64,000 bases of DNA from a virus (Duplodnaviria > Caudoviricetes), in IMG/VR virus record IMGVR_UViG_2906626472_000001, positions 1 to 64,000 of that record, one strand, 5' to 3'. This document shows, in pieces, positions 11,101-20,705 of the stretch; position 1 is the stretch's first letter, and every line of letters begins with the position of its first letter. The position numbers were made by a program, and so were the translations under genes. The notes beneath the pieces are model-generated. The model did not search any database, was not told the DNA's origin, and was given only the letters and a program-made list of their open reading frames with translations.

Positions 11101-11613
11101 GAACCACTGCGGCGAGTTGGGTGCGAACATCTGGGAGGCCAGCATGAAGCGCATCTCGTCGTAGAAGGCGAGCGCGTTGGACTCCTCGGACTCGTTGAAG
11201 TCCTTGATGGAGACGAACATGCTCATGCTGCCGGGCTTGAAATAGCCGCCCTTCAGACCCCAATAGGTCCAGCAACCGGCGAGGCGGTCGAACACCTGCT
11301 TGGCGGTCGTCTCGGAGCCGAGGAACTTGTCCTCTTCGCCGAGCGGGAAGGGCTCAGCGACGGAGCGCTGCAGCCACGCCGGCACGACCTTCTCGGGCAC
11401 CTTCACCAGGATCTTCGGCACGCCGGCCTTGCGGAAATACTTCTGCGCCAGCACGTCGACAGCGACCTGCGACCAGGACTCGGGCACCTCGATGTCTTCC
11501 AGGCGGAAAGCGATCGAGCCGTCCGTGTTCTTGATCTCGCTGGTCGCCTTGCGCCAGGCGATCAGATCGTAAGGCGAGACGCCCGCCCTCGTGTATCGTC
11601 GTTCAATTCTCAT
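8197..11613 (-). CDS. nrdJ: Adenosylcobalamin-dependent (class II) ribonucleotide reductase
   Basis: [25 protein letters not shown] and IAPTGTIG motifs; C-terminal TSCPD-like domain and CxxC...CxxCG zinc ribbon. Confidence 0.95.
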   Translation of the reverse strand: MRIERRYTRAGVSPYDLIAWRKATSEIKNTDGSIAFRLEDIEVPESWSQVAVDVLAQKYFRKAGVPKILVKVPEKVVPAWLQRSVAEPFPLGEEDKFLGSETTAKQVFDRLAGCWTYWGLKGGYFKPGSMSMFVSIKDFNESEESNALAFYDEMRFMLASQMFAPNSPQWFNTGLHWAYGIDGPAQGHFFVEEDGDDVIDVKPSTSAYERPQPHACFIQSVGDNLIQDGGIMDLWLREARLFKYGSGTGSNFSSLRGTGEKLSGGGSSSGMMSFLKIGDRAAGAIKSGGTTRRAAKMVVVDVDHPDIEEYVGWKVEEEKKVAALVAGSKAVKKALQAVHWAILDGKDGKAEIKTARKAFVPDSYIQRVIQLANNDEPFYFPEFDVDWQSQAYETVSGQNSNNTVSVTNDFLEAVQLGHKWDLIGRTNGKAVKTIEARDLWDQICLAAWESADPGLHFNTTMNEWHTCPAGGRIRASNPCSEYMFLDDTACNLASANLLKFTSQSGENPLVFEVESFEHACRLITIMLEISVYMAQFPSMEIALRSFDYRTLGLGFANIGGMLMSAGIAYDSDNARAFAGAISAIMTGIAYRTSAEMAQELGPFRKYYENANSMMRVMHNHYAAAENGSAPYTGLSIEPVGLDWDNEYQEGLAGRASEIWAEVIDLGSQYGFRNAQTTVIAPTGTIGLVMDCDTTGIEPDYALVKFKKLAGGGYFKIINQSVRPALAQLGYGKAEIEAMVLYATGTGRLPAKFDLALRAAGTSISESSVRSAFDIRFLADWKAFGFSDEEIEKANTEVCGTMTLEGAPGLAEVDYAVFDCANPCGKIGKRFISTKGHIKMMASVQPFISGAISKTINMPASASIVDVKKAYMLSWKLGLKANAIYRDGSKLSQPLSSALVEDDQVEDEVVEQKQNVVQVVEKIVRKREKLPSKRNGYTQKAIVGGHKVYLRTGEYADGRLGEIFIDMHKEGAAFRSMMNAFAIAVSIALQYGVPVEEYVDAFTFFRFEPAGFVQEHDRIKSASSIIDFVWRDLAINYLGRDDLAHVTPDESNHTAMGDGVGQDATVVNQITVNVAEGMTDDDLQKIVDRTTKAVLPDQRAVAKMSGYTGDECGNCHSFTMVRNGTCLKCETCGETTGCS

Positions 11614-11626
11614 TACGTGGTGGGCC

Positions 11627-11944
11627 TTACCGGTAGGACTTGGAGTAATCGATGCGCTGCTCGTACTTGATGGGCACGAACTTCACGGGGAGCGCGCTCA
11701 GCTCCTTCAACAGGCCCTCGATGGCCGTGTTGTTGGCGTCGTCGCGGGGATCGAGCGCCTTCAGCTTCGCGACGAGAGCGTCGATGCTGGCTGCCTCAGC
11801 CCTGCTGAGCCGGCGCTTTGCATGGACGGCGGTGCCGAACTGGCGATAGGCGAACTTCTGCTTCACCTGCCGAGGCTTCGACTGAGCCTGCAGCAGCAGG
11901 CCGAAGGCCTTGAGGATCGAGTCCTGGGTGGTTCTGACTTCCAT
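11627..11944 (-). CDS. Hypothetical protein
   Basis: ORF preceded by AGGAG RBS and a TTGC-N6-GCAA motif. Confidence 0.6.
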   Translation of the reverse strand: MEVRTTQDSILKAFGLLLQAQSKPRQVKQKFAYRQFGTAVHAKRRLSRAEAASIDALVAKLKALDPRDDANNTAIEGLLKELSALPVKFVPIKYEQRIDYSKSYR

Positions 11945-11979
11945 GGTTTTTGCTTCTCCTTTTTGCATTCAAGCAAGCG

Positions 11980-12201
11980 TCAAGACATGGCTCTGATGCG
12001 CCGTCTGATCTGTTGTCGGGCGTAGTTGGCGGAGTAGGGCGTCCTGGGCGAGACGGAGACGGGTACCGACATCCACTTGCCCCTGACCTGAAACTCGATG
12101 AGGTGATGCTTCTTGTCGTGGCCGAAGCTGAACGCTTCGATCTCGCCACTACGTTTCATCTCCTCCGCTACCTTCTTCACCTCGCGTACGTGTCTTTCCA
12201 T
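11980..12201 (-). CDS. Small basic protein, possibly HicA-like fold
   Basis: 73 aa; KKHHLIEF...VPVSVSP followed by a basic C-terminal helix. Confidence 0.4.
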   Translation of the reverse strand: MERHVREVKKVAEEMKRSGEIEAFSFGHDKKHHLIEFQVRGKWMSVPVSVSPRTPYSANYARQQIRRRIRAMS

Positions 12202-12655
12202 TCTTCCCCCGTTTCGGAAATGGCCGCTTGGGCCATGCCTTCTTGCGTCGAGGCTGAGGTGCCTCAACTTCGGGGTCACCTTTGGCCAGCATGCGACGTC
12301 TGAACTCTTCGGTGTCCTTCGCAACCCGCTTTGTGCGGGCGATTTCCTGCACGTCACCTCGCGTCAGCTCCTCGCGGGATCCAAACGTCTTCTTGGCGTG
12401 ACAGTCTGTGTGCTTGGCCTCGATGAACGCGGGGTCATTCGACCGCGGCGTTGTATCCTTGGCCTCAGCGTCCCAGCATCGCAGCTGGATGGCAGGGACG
12501 TGATCGAACTGGGTGTCGTCGAGCTTGCCCAGCCTCTGACCGCATTTGCTGCAGAGGCTGTGCTGTCTGATCACCACCTCCAGCTTGACAGAGACCGGTA
12601 TGGCCTTCCGGAAGCGGGCAGGTGGGGCAAGTTCGAGGACGGATTGCATTTGCAT
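12149..12655 (-). CDS. HNH-type endonuclease
   Basis: CSKCG...QFDHVP...N...HTDCHAKKT. Confidence 0.7.
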   Translation of the reverse strand: MQMQSVLELAPPARFRKAIPVSVKLEVVIRQHSLCSKCGQRLGKLDDTQFDHVPAIQLRCWDAEAKDTTPRSNDPAFIEAKHTDCHAKKTFGSREELTRGDVQEIARTKRVAKDTEEFRRRMLAKGDPEVEAPQPRRKKAWPKRPFPKRGKNGKTRTRGEEGSGGDET

Positions 12656-12680
12656 TTCCTATTTGTATTCAAGCAAACAG

Positions 12681-13007
12681 TCAAGCATTTTGAACCGGGT
12701 CGTCGATGATGATCAGGTCTGCGGTTTTGCCGAGCAGCTGCTGCGGCGAGCGCGGCTTCGGCACGATGACCGACACCCGTTGCTCGTAGGCCCGCTGCCC
12801 ATCCGCCGTTACGTGGCCGTCCTCGGTCAGGAACTTCTTCCGGATCAGGGACTCGACGATGACCTTCTGCCACGGCTGCATCTTGATGCCGACAGCCTGG
12901 CCGGTCGCCTTCAGCCAGTTCAGATAGGCTGGCAGATGCTCCCGCATGAACTCCACCTGGGCCTTCGACATGCGCGGCTTGCGCTTGGGTTTAGCAGCCG
13001 ACGTCAT
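12681..13007 (-). CDS. Hypothetical protein with terminase-like sequence fragments
   Basis: MQPWQK and GKTADLIIIDDP in a 108 aa ORF. Confidence 0.5.
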   Translation of the reverse strand: MTSAAKPKRKPRMSKAQVEFMREHLPAYLNWLKATGQAVGIKMQPWQKVIVESLIRKKFLTEDGHVTADGQRAYEQRVSVIVPKPRSPQQLLGKTADLIIIDDPVQNA

Positions 13008-13449
13008 CGGGCTCGTCCCAGTTCGGGTCTTTGTACAAGCGGTATTCCAGGCCTTCGCGGTGCCACTGGCCGGCACACATGCCGATGACCTTGTTGTTGG
13101 CGAGGAAATCCTCGTCGGACATCTCCTCGTCCTCGTACATCTCCTTCAGCTCGGCCGCCGTCGCCAGCTCGTTGGTCCAGACCAGCTCGGTGTTGCCGAC
13201 CTTGACCTTGGCGAAATCGGTGAGGCTGTTCTCGACCTGCGAGATGGCGTGGCGCAGGTCTGCCAGCTCGGACAAGAACAGGGCGGCGTTGTTCGGCCCG
13301 CCGCCTGGGAAGGTGCTGGCGAGACCGAAGCGGCCGATCTTGCCGTAGATGCGCAGGCAACGGCCGATCACTTCGACGACCTCGCCGGACTCCTCGACGA
13401 CGCGGACGACCTTGCCGCCGACGTCTGTGGGTAGAAATCTTGGGTTCAC
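12991..13449 (-). CDS. MazG-like domain protein
   Basis: VVEESGEVVE...KIGRFG...ELADL. Confidence 0.55.
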   Translation of the reverse strand: MNPRFLPTDVGGKVVRVVEESGEVVEVIGRCLRIYGKIGRFGLASTFPGGGPNNAALFLSELADLRHAISQVENSLTDFAKVKVGNTELVWTNELATAAELKEMYEDEEMSDEDFLANNKVIGMCAGQWHREGLEYRLYKDPNWDEPDDVGC

Positions 13450-13514
13450 GGGTTTTTCCTTGGGAAGATCAGGTTGAACAGGTCGCGGAGCTTCTCGCCC
13501 TCGTGCTGCGCTGC

Positions 13515-13793
13515 TCAGGCTGTTGGGTCGACTGCGAAGTCATCTCGATCCTCGTAGGTTGGTTTGACCATGCCCGATGCGACCATCCAGGCCAGCAGGT
13601 TCATGGCGGGCAGATAGCGGACACGTCCGCCGTCGCTGGTGTGATTGACGATTTTCCCGCGGGGGAATCTTGGTGGTGCCTTCCATCCCTTTGGCGTGGT
13701 GACGAGGACGTGGGCCTCCTTCAAGGGGAGGCCCAGCCTCTTCGCCGCGTTCAGGGAATTGGCGCAGAGCTGCGCCAGGTCCGATGGGTTCAT
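13515..13793 (-). CDS. Hypothetical protein
   Basis: ATGA-coupled ORF. Confidence 0.55.
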   Translation of the reverse strand: MNPSDLAQLCANSLNAAKRLGLPLKEAHVLVTTPKGWKAPPRFPRGKIVNHTSDGGRVRYLPAMNLLAWMVASGMVKPTYEDRDDFAVDPTA

Positions 13794-14206
13794 GCCGCGA
13801 CCGGCTCCGGAAAGAGCTTCCTCAGCTCCGCCTTGACCCGGTCGATGACGCGGTGGGAGAAGTTGTCCGGATGGCGGGCATCGGTGACGATGCCGTCCGT
13901 CATCTCCAACTCCTCGTCGATCCCGAAGGCCGTGTGCGGGTTGCTCGCATGCCACAGGCCGTAATAGTTTCGGATCGACATGCCGGCGAACATCAGGCAG
14001 CCGGCGTGCTCGGGGACGTACATCGCCTTCCGGCCGTCCGGCGACATGTCGGGCATCCGCCAGCTCCGCTCGTCGAGCCAGCGCTTGACCGCCACAGCGT
14101 CAGCGGAGACCTTCGCGAGGATGTCGGCGACCATGCCGTCCTCGTCCAGATAGGATCCGTGCCATTCCTGGCTGTCCCGGGGTTCACCTTCAACAACGTT
14201 TGCCAT
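13790..14206 (-). CDS. Hypothetical protein
   Basis: GMSIRNYYGLW...HPDNFS motif; TAATG coupling. Confidence 0.6.
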   Translation of the reverse strand: MANVVEGEPRDSQEWHGSYLDEDGMVADILAKVSADAVAVKRWLDERSWRMPDMSPDGRKAMYVPEHAGCLMFAGMSIRNYYGLWHASNPHTAFGIDEELEMTDGIVTDARHPDNFSHRVIDRVKAELRKLFPEPVAA

Positions 14207-14682
14207 TACGCGGCTTCCTTCCATTGAGACTCGTTCCGGGCTTCTTTCATCAGCTCTTCGAGATCGAGCCCGGGGATGATGATGGTCGTGATGATCTCCA
14301 TGGCCCGATCGAAATAGGCCTTGAACTCGTCCTCCGGCATCGCGTCGAACGCGGTGGAGGAGGGGCACATGATGATCTCGGCGTCCGGTGAGATGACCGG
14401 CTCGACCACGCCGCAGCCCACCAGGAGCGTCTTGTGGAGCGCATCCTCTGTCGAAAACTTGTCGGTGTTCTCGACCACGATCCGCAGGATCACCCGGTAG
14501 AGGCGATGCCGCGGCCCGCTGCGGGGCTGCGCCAGCTGGATGCGGAGCGGAACGTCGATCGGAAACCGCTCCAGCATCTTCTCGTCGTAGGGCGCATGCG
14601 CTCTCAACGTGATGCCGTCGTCGCCAATCTGCTTGCGCACCAGGATCCACTGGTTCTTCGATTTGTTGCTTGCCTTGCTCAT
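14206..14682 (-). CDS. DUF1367/NinB-like recombination accessory protein
   Basis: PRSGPRHRLY...PSSTAFDAMPEDEFKAYF; within the recombination module. Confidence 0.6.
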   Translation of the reverse strand: MSKASNKSKNQWILVRKQIGDDGITLRAHAPYDEKMLERFPIDVPLRIQLAQPRSGPRHRLYRVILRIVVENTDKFSTEDALHKTLLVGCGVVEPVISPDAEIIMCPSSTAFDAMPEDEFKAYFDRAMEIITTIIIPGLDLEELMKEARNESQWKEAA

Positions 14683-14689
14683 GAAGTCC

Positions 14690-14944
14690 TCAGATCAGGG
14701 GCAGCTGTCTTGGCTTTGGCTTTCGCTTCGGCGCCGGCTCGGGCGGCTTCTCCTTGGCGATTTCGCCCAGCTCTCGGATGTGATCGCGGCAGGCATCAGC
14801 CAGCATGTCGATCTGCGCCTGTGACAGCTCGTATTGTTCCCGATGGGCGGACTCTTCCGCCCACCAGGAACGCAGGCCGTTGGCGCTGCGGGAAAGCTTG
14901 ATCCCCCACAGCGCCAACTCGCAGTACGCTTCAGCCGGAGTCAT
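14690..14944 (-). CDS. Hypothetical protein
   Basis: 84 aa ORF coupled to the annealing-protein gene. Confidence 0.55.
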   Translation of the reverse strand: MTPAEAYCELALWGIKLSRSANGLRSWWAEESAHREQYELSQAQIDMLADACRDHIRELGEIAKEKPPEPAPKRKPKPRQLPLI

Positions 14945-15762
14945 CAGCCGTTAGCCGCTGCCTTTTCCTTGGCGGGCTTGACCCAGCCGAGATCCTTCAG
15001 CCGCTGCGTTGCGAAGCTGCGGAGATCGGTGACCTCCTGCTTCGACATCTCAGCCATCGCGTCCTTCATGTCCTTGCTGTTCATGAGGTCCGTGACCGCC
15101 TTGATGTCCTGGGCCTCGCGGATCTGGGTCTCGCACTTGATGATCAGATCCTCGATCCGGCTGCCGCCACTGTTGCCGCCCTGCTGCTGATCGCCGCGGT
15201 CGTCGTCACGGCTGTCACGCCGATCGTCACGATCATCGCGGCGGTCGTCGCGTCGGTTGTCATTGGACGCCGGGGCGGTGTCGAACTCGTCACCGTCGCG
15301 GAAGTCCCGCTTCAGGTCGTTGACGTACCGGTTGTCGTCGTACATCCCGAGGTGGATGTCGGCGGCGAAGCCCAGGCCGGACAGGCTCTTCGAGATGGCG
15401 TCTGTCAGCGACTTCTTCGGCGCCTCTTCATCGGTGAACCAGCCATTGCGGTTCTTGCCGACAAAGGTGGTCTGACCGAAGTGCTCGATCTCGCCGCGCT
15501 GACCGTCCAGCATGTACCAGAGCTTGATCCGGACGACGTGGATGACTTCCTTGTCGTGCCCTGGCTGGTACTTCTCGTCGATCACGTTCCAGCCCCAGCC
15601 CAGGCCAAGCGGCCCGAACTGTGCGGTGGCCTTCTTGGCCAGGTAGGTGGCGTTGGTCGCCGTGCCCTTGAAGCCACCACCGCGGTTGAACTGCTTGGTG
15701 TGCTTGGGATCGGTCGCCTCGACGGCGTTCCAGATCCGGAGGTTGGTGTTGTTCTCGCTCAT
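14944..15762 (-). CDS. Single-strand annealing protein (Rad52/Sak-like)
   Basis: FGPLGLGWGW and DEEAPKKSLTDAISKSLSGLGFAADIHLG; downstream of the YqaJ exonuclease. Confidence 0.75.
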   Translation of the reverse strand: MSENNTNLRIWNAVEATDPKHTKQFNRGGGFKGTATNATYLAKKATAQFGPLGLGWGWNVIDEKYQPGHDKEVIHVVRIKLWYMLDGQRGEIEHFGQTTFVGKNRNGWFTDEEAPKKSLTDAISKSLSGLGFAADIHLGMYDDNRYVNDLKRDFRDGDEFDTAPASNDNRRDDRRDDRDDRRDSRDDDRGDQQQGGNSGGSRIEDLIIKCETQIREAQDIKAVTDLMNSKDMKDAMAEMSKQEVTDLRSFATQRLKDLGWVKPAKEKAAANG

Positions 15763-15771
15763 GAATGCTCC

Positions 15772-16743
15772 TTATGCCGCTTCCGTTGCGGCGGGTTTCT
15801 CGTTGCTGTTGGCTGCCTTCTTGCGCGGAGCCCGGGATTTCTTCTCAGGCTTCGGCTCCTCGGCCGGCGGCGGCATGTTCGCTGCGTCCTCGACCGCCTT
15901 CTTGATGGCTTCCTCATCGAACTTGATGAGCTGCTTGCCGTCCTTCGACAGGTTGATGGACACGCCCTTGCCGGCCGCAGACTTGGCGTCGGCGGGGAAC
16001 AGGCGCTTGATGGCTTTCTTCGCCTTCTCGTGCTTCTCGACGGACGGCTTCGTGCTGAGCAGCGTGAAGGCGAGGTCGCCCCACTCGTTGTTCGTGCTCA
16101 TGTCGACGACCTTGATCCGCTCGGCGACGGGAATGTCGACCTTCGGAGCGCCAGGCGTCCGGCCGGTGACGACGCAGTCCCAGAAGTCCTTCTCCGCTTC
16201 GAGGAGCGCGAGCTGGTAGAACAGGTCGGCCTCGACTTCGATGATGACGTGCTGGGCGGCACCTGTCAGAATCGACAGGTAGGCCTTGGGCAGATCGGTC
16301 ACCATCATGTTGTGCTGGACCTGCGGGTAATACTTCTCGTACGCCTCCTCCTTCGAGAAGCCGAACGGGAACATGAACTTGAACTCGACCACGGCGATCG
16401 GGTCCGCGTCCTCAGCCTTGCGCACGAGGCCGTCGAGCGTGGTGTGTGCCTTGTCCCAGGCGTAGTAGTGGACCTTCTTTTGCTCGTCCGTGACCAGCAG
16501 CTCGGTCTCGTCCTCGAACAGGTCGGCGTTCAGCGGCTCGGTCAGGTTGCCGAGATTGATCAGGATGACGTCGCTGAGATCCTCAGGGAGAACCTCGCCG
16601 CGCTTCTCCATCCAGAGCTGCTCGATCGCTGCCTGATCACCGGACATGATGATCTTGGCATCCGATCCTCCGATCGACTTCATGCGTGCGGCGCGAGCCT
16701 CATCGCTCATGCCGATATGTCCAGTGCGCCTGCGCATTTTCAT
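15772..16743 (-). CDS. YqaJ-like (lambda-exonuclease family) recombination nuclease
   Basis: RMKSIGGSD, TLDG...EFK and YYPQVQHNM motifs. Confidence 0.85.
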   Translation of the reverse strand: MKMRRRTGHIGMSDEARAARMKSIGGSDAKIIMSGDQAAIEQLWMEKRGEVLPEDLSDVILINLGNLTEPLNADLFEDETELLVTDEQKKVHYYAWDKAHTTLDGLVRKAEDADPIAVVEFKFMFPFGFSKEEAYEKYYPQVQHNMMVTDLPKAYLSILTGAAQHVIIEVEADLFYQLALLEAEKDFWDCVVTGRTPGAPKVDIPVAERIKVVDMSTNNEWGDLAFTLLSTKPSVEKHEKAKKAIKRLFPADAKSAAGKGVSINLSKDGKQLIKFDEEAIKKAVEDAANMPPPAEEPKPEKKSRAPRKKAANSNEKPAATEAA

Positions 16744-16766
16744 TTCCTTTGCATTCAAACAAACGG

Positions 16767-17444
16767 TTAAACGTACTCGCGCCAGATGGCCTTTTCGCCG
16801 AGCGTCTCGACGAAGGCCCTGTGGGCGGCGATATCCTCGTTGGTCAGTCGGCTCGCCAGCGGTGTTGGTCGCTGTCGAGCCGGCTTGACCTCTTCCTCTT
16901 CAGCAGCGCCGGCCAGAAGGTCGAGCTGCATGCCGATCTGCAGACCACCGCGCATCTCGACGTAGACTTGAGCCAGAAGCTCGGAGTCCAGGAGAGCGCC
17001 GTGTTCGGTTCTTCTCGAAGTGTCGATGTTGTAGATGCTGCAGAGAGCATCCAGCGTGTGCTTCCTGCGGGGATGCACCTCCCTGGCCATGGCCAAGGTG
17101 TCGACGACCTCATTCTCAAGCGGTGCAATGCCGAGCCGATCCAGCTCTTCATTTATCATCGAGATGTCGAAGGTGGCGTTGTGCGCCACCAGTCTGGCCC
17201 CCTCGATGAAGCTCAAGAAGCGATTGTGGATCCGCTTGAACGTCGGCTTCGTTGCGAGGAAGACGTCGCTCAAGCCATGGATCCGGTATGCCTCCCGGCT
17301 GACAGGCATCAGCGGGTTGCAATATTGGTGGAACGTCCTGCCGGTAGGGACCATGTCGACTATCTCGACACAGCCGATCTCGACGACTCGATCCTTCTTG
17401 CGATCGAGCCCAGTCGTTTCCGTGTCGAAGATAATCTCCCTCAT
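16767..17444 (-). CDS. dnaQ: DNA polymerase III epsilon-like 3'-5' exonuclease
   Basis: DTETTG, VAHNATFD and HGALLDSELLA (DEDDh) plus a C-terminal W typical of DnaQ. Confidence 0.9.
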   Translation of the reverse strand: MREIIFDTETTGLDRKKDRVVEIGCVEIVDMVPTGRTFHQYCNPLMPVSREAYRIHGLSDVFLATKPTFKRIHNRFLSFIEGARLVAHNATFDISMINEELDRLGIAPLENEVVDTLAMAREVHPRRKHTLDALCSIYNIDTSRRTEHGALLDSELLAQVYVEMRGGLQIGMQLDLLAGAAEEEEVKPARQRPTPLASRLTNEDIAAHRAFVETLGEKAIWREYV

Positions 17445-17692
17445 CGTTGTATCGGTCTCCTGGTGAACGGGTCGATGCCGTCTTCACGCATCTGGACGAA
17501 GAGCTGATCCTGGGAGCGATCCAGCACAGCCTCGGCCGCTGCCAGATACGCGGACCGAGCCAGCTCGATCTCGTGGGGAGAGGCCCCGGACAGCAGAGCC
17601 GCCTTGAACCTCTCCAGCGATGCAACCTGCACATGGATCGCCGCGTGCAGGTTGAGGTGGGCGTTAGCCCCTTCCGGGCTACGCTGCGTCAC
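17441..17692 (-). CDS. Hypothetical protein
   Basis: ORF overlapping both neighbours. Confidence 0.5.
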   Translation of the reverse strand: MTQRSPEGANAHLNLHAAIHVQVASLERFKAALLSGASPHEIELARSAYLAAAEAVLDRSQDQLFVQMREDGIDPFTRRPIQR

Positions 17693-18311
17693 GGATCCAC
17701 GTCTTCCGGAACGTGATGCCTGTGCGCTGCTCGAACTGGCGGAGCTTCGCGATCACCTCGTCGGCGGTGAACTTGTTGTAGAGCCCGTCGAGCGAAGGCG
17801 CGTTGCCCTTGAAGAAGGTCGAGGTCGGCTTATCCAGCGGCCGGATGTCCTCGAACTGCACCAGCATCAGCACGGTCTCGTTGCCGGCGATGCGGATGGT
17901 GTGCAGGTCATCGGCCTGCATGTAGTAGGACTCGCCGTTCGTGAAGCGGTAGCGGTTGGCTTCGTACAGGATCTCCTCACCCGCGAAGGTGAAGCCGTTG
18001 CCGCCGTTCAGCGGCGTGTTGTACTCGAACCAGTTGAACACCTCGCCGACGTCATCGACGAGCGAGCGGCGGAACCAGACGTTCTCGACCGCGCCGGCTG
18101 CGACGTAGGTCTCGAAATCGTAGCGGTGATCGTGCGGTGCAACGACCTCGGGCATCGCCGAGACGTCACCGTCGAAGAAGTACAGCTTGATCGTCTCCTC
18201 CGGAGAGCGCTGGAGGCAGAGATAATCGAAGCCCTTGACGTGAAGGTCCTTGAAGGAGTGTTCGACGATCTGGTCGATGTCGAGTCTGGCGGGCAGCGGC
18301 AGGTCGTTCAT
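17679..18311 (-). CDS. Cupin-fold-like protein
   Basis: PHDHRYDF...GESYYMQADDLHTI metal-binding cupin pattern; start MNDLPL coupled to the upstream stop. Confidence 0.6.
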   Translation of the reverse strand: MNDLPLPARLDIDQIVEHSFKDLHVKGFDYLCLQRSPEETIKLYFFDGDVSAMPEVVAPHDHRYDFETYVAAGAVENVWFRRSLVDDVGEVFNWFEYNTPLNGGNGFTFAGEEILYEANRYRFTNGESYYMQADDLHTIRIAGNETVLMLVQFEDIRPLDKPTSTFFKGNAPSLDGLYNKFTADEVIAKLRQFEQRTGITFRKTWIRDAA

Positions 18312-19159
18312 TAGTGAACCTCTTTGAAGGTGATGCCATTCCCCGGCACGATGCCGAGGTCGTTCTTGAGACCTTTCAGGATGAAGCCGACCGTGCGGGT
18401 CCTGATCTCGTGGATGTCCGTGTGCTTGGGCTTGCTGTTCGGACGGTAGTGGCGGTGGACGATGTCCTTGTCGCCACCACGAGCGAGCGCCATAGCGGCC
18501 TTGACCAGGCGCTTGGGCATGCGGGCGCAGTTGCACCATCGCAACCATTCCAGCACGCCAAGTGCGCGGTCGATGTCGTCCCGCTGCGGAGCAGTCTTGG
18601 TGTCGCCGTCGAAGGGCTTCATCGCCGAGAGGAGGCGGATGCGCTCGATCTCGATCAGCTCGGCACGCGACATGCCGATCATGTTCCAGCCGCCTGAGCG
18701 GCGACCGGAGGTGAGCCAGCGCTTCTCCTGGTCGGGAAGCTTGTCGACGATGGCGACCGACTCCACGAGGAGCTGCCAAATCACGTCGTTATGCCGGGCT
18801 TCCTCGTACCCCTTGAGGTCGTAGGCCAGCTCGGCACCGCGCCGCAGCCAACCGAGAACCAGCGTTGCGTCCTGCTCGACGGAGGTGGACAGCTTGTCCT
18901 CCTTGTCGACAATCGGCTTCACGGTCTCGATCGCCTTCAGCACGTCGTCCGGGATCGGAACGCCAGAGCCACCAGCGATGCTCTTCAGCGTCGTCATTGG
19001 CTTGTAGCCGAACGGCTTGTCGGGCTTGCCCATCAGGCGGGTCAGCGTCGACGGTTGCAGTCCTGCATTGCGAGCCAGATCGGTGATGCTCCAGTCCTTG
19101 GTCTCCAAGATCTGGTTGATCCAGCCGATCACAATCGCTCTGGCGCTCTGGCTTTCCAT
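18311..19159 (-). CDS. XRE-type HTH protein with an additional C-terminal domain
   Basis: WSITDLARNAGLQPSTLTRL HTH; N-terminus paralogous to 24266..24997. Confidence 0.7.
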   Translation of the reverse strand: MESQSARAIVIGWINQILETKDWSITDLARNAGLQPSTLTRLMGKPDKPFGYKPMTTLKSIAGGSGVPIPDDVLKAIETVKPIVDKEDKLSTSVEQDATLVLGWLRRGAELAYDLKGYEEARHNDVIWQLLVESVAIVDKLPDQEKRWLTSGRRSGGWNMIGMSRAELIEIERIRLLSAMKPFDGDTKTAPQRDDIDRALGVLEWLRWCNCARMPKRLVKAAMALARGGDKDIVHRHYRPNSKPKHTDIHEIRTRTVGFILKGLKNDLGIVPGNGITFKEVH

Positions 19160-19167
19160 ATTGATCC

Positions 19168-19512
19168 TCAGGCGGGAACGAGGGTGGGCTTCTGCGTGGC
19201 GACGGGTTTGCCCCCGAGGACTCGGCGCCGGGTGGCGCGGTACTCGAAGAGGTTCGTGCCGATGCGCTGCTGCGTGAGGTGCAGCAGGCCGTCCTTGCTG
19301 TCGGCGAGGACGCGGTCGGCAACGAAGTTGAGGGCTTGAACGCGGGTGCGTTCGGCGGACCGGAGCACGTCGCTTTCGGGCACCACGACCTGGCGGTCGA
19401 ACTGGAGGTCACCCTGCCAGTAGACCAGGACGTCGCCATTGGCGGCGCCCTTGAGCCATTCGTAATACTCGGAGAGAGCGCCCGGACCGATTTCCAGGAC
19501 GGTTCTCGCCAT
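19168..19512 (-). CDS. Hypothetical protein
   Basis: 114 aa ORF in operon. Confidence 0.6.
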   Translation of the reverse strand: MARTVLEIGPGALSEYYEWLKGAANGDVLVYWQGDLQFDRQVVVPESDVLRSAERTRVQALNFVADRVLADSKDGLLHLTQQRIGTNLFEYRATRRRVLGGKPVATQKPTLVPA

Positions 19513-19845
19513 TACGCCACCAAGCTCTTCAGCAGGCTAGCGTGGGTCTCGACCGCGAGGCTGACGCCTTCGAGGATCCGGCCGAGCTGAGCCACCGCCT
19601 CGACCTTGTCCTCGTGAGCCATCTCGGGCTCGTCGGACAGATCGAAGTCGGGCTCGAAGTCGACGTCGAACTCGTCTTCGTCTTCCTCGTCGTCGGGGCC
19701 CTGCTGAGCGAAGATCGACAGCTCCGGACCAGCGGGGTCGGTGCCGAAGATGTTGTTCATGAGGGCGACCACTTCGTCGGGAGCACCAGCCTGAGCCAGC
19801 GCCTCGCCAACCGTCTGACCGTCCTCAACTTGGATGAGTTGCATT
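19512..19845 (-). CDS. Acidic hypothetical protein (start approximate)
   Basis: MQLIQVED... downstream of an RBS and a TTGC-N6-GCAA motif. Confidence 0.55.
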
Positions 19846-19881
19846 ATAACTCCGCTTGCATTCGTGCAAATGATGGAATGT

Positions 19882-19923
19882 GAAAAGGGGCGCCCTGGCA
19901 CGCACAACCAACAGGGCGCCCCT
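19882..19923 (-). terminator. Probable intrinsic terminator downstream of ssb
   Basis: 12-bp perfect stem AGGGGCGCCCTG/CAGGGCGCCCCT followed by a short T run on the minus strand. Confidence 0.6.
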
Positions 19924-20004
19924 CGATTTTCCCCGCTCAACGGGGAAGCTCAGTAGAACTGACCAGTCCGAAGCTTGGTCAGGACGTCATCGCCTTTGCA
20001 GTCG

Positions 20005-20643
20005 TCAAAAGGGGATGTCGTCGTCCAGGTCGTTGTTGCGACCGCCGCCGTTGCCGCCGCCGTTACCGCCGCGGCTGCTGCCACGGTCATCACGGCCACC
20101 GCGATCATCCCGATCGTCACGGCCACGGCTACCGCCGCGGTCATCCCGATCATCGCGGCTCGACGAGCGACCCGAGGAGCGGCTGTTGCCGCCGCGGTCA
20201 TCGCGGTCGTCGCGGCTGTTGTTGCGACCACCACGGCTGGAGCCGCGGTCATCGTCACGGTTATCGCTGCCGCCGCGGTTGTCGTTGTCGAACGACAGCT
20301 TCATCAGGGCATCGATCGGCGCGAAGGCGGGGATCATCACCTCGGTCGCGTACTTCTTGTTGCCGTCGTTGTCTTCCCACTCGCGGGTCTGGAGCTTGCC
20401 TTCGAGACGGACGAGGTCGCCCTTCTTGAGGTAGCTCTCGACGAACTTGATGGTGTTCTCGTTCCAGACGACGATGCGGTGCCACTCCGTCTTCTCGACG
20501 CGCTCGCCGGAACGCTTGTCCTTCCAGCTCTCGCTGGTGGCGACGCTGAAGTTCGCGACAGAGCTGCCACCGTTCAGGTGACGGATCTCGGGGTCCTTGC
20601 CGAGCCGACCAATCAGCTCAACACGGTTCAGACTTGATGCCAT
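20005..20643 (-). CDS. ssb: Single-stranded DNA-binding protein
   Basis: LNRVELIGRLGKDPE, ATSESWKD and EKTEWHRIVVW; C-terminal DDDIPF. Confidence 0.95.
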   Translation of the reverse strand: MASSLNRVELIGRLGKDPEIRHLNGGSSVANFSVATSESWKDKRSGERVEKTEWHRIVVWNENTIKFVESYLKKGDLVRLEGKLQTREWEDNDGNKKYATEVMIPAFAPIDALMKLSFDNDNRGGSDNRDDDRGSSRGGRNNSRDDRDDRGGNSRSSGRSSSRDDRDDRGGSRGRDDRDDRGGRDDRGSSRGGNGGGNGGGRNNDLDDDIPF

Positions 20644-20705
20644 TTGTGGTCTCTCCTTTTCGACGTTTGCATTAGCATAGCGTTTGCATTCAAGCAAGCG
20701 CTATT

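Noticed and set aside
8197-11613. Intein or intron in nrdJ
   Set aside because: Continuous ORF of ordinary class II length; no C/S...HN splicing or LAGLIDADG motifs seen
8269-11670. Long plus-strand ORFs (8269..9957, 10060..11670; likewise 15352..16770, 20844..22157, 32362..33603, 34678..36108, 38404..39885, 46777..48033)
   Set aside because: Antisense shadows of real minus-strand genes caused by high-GC codon bias; no recognisable motifs
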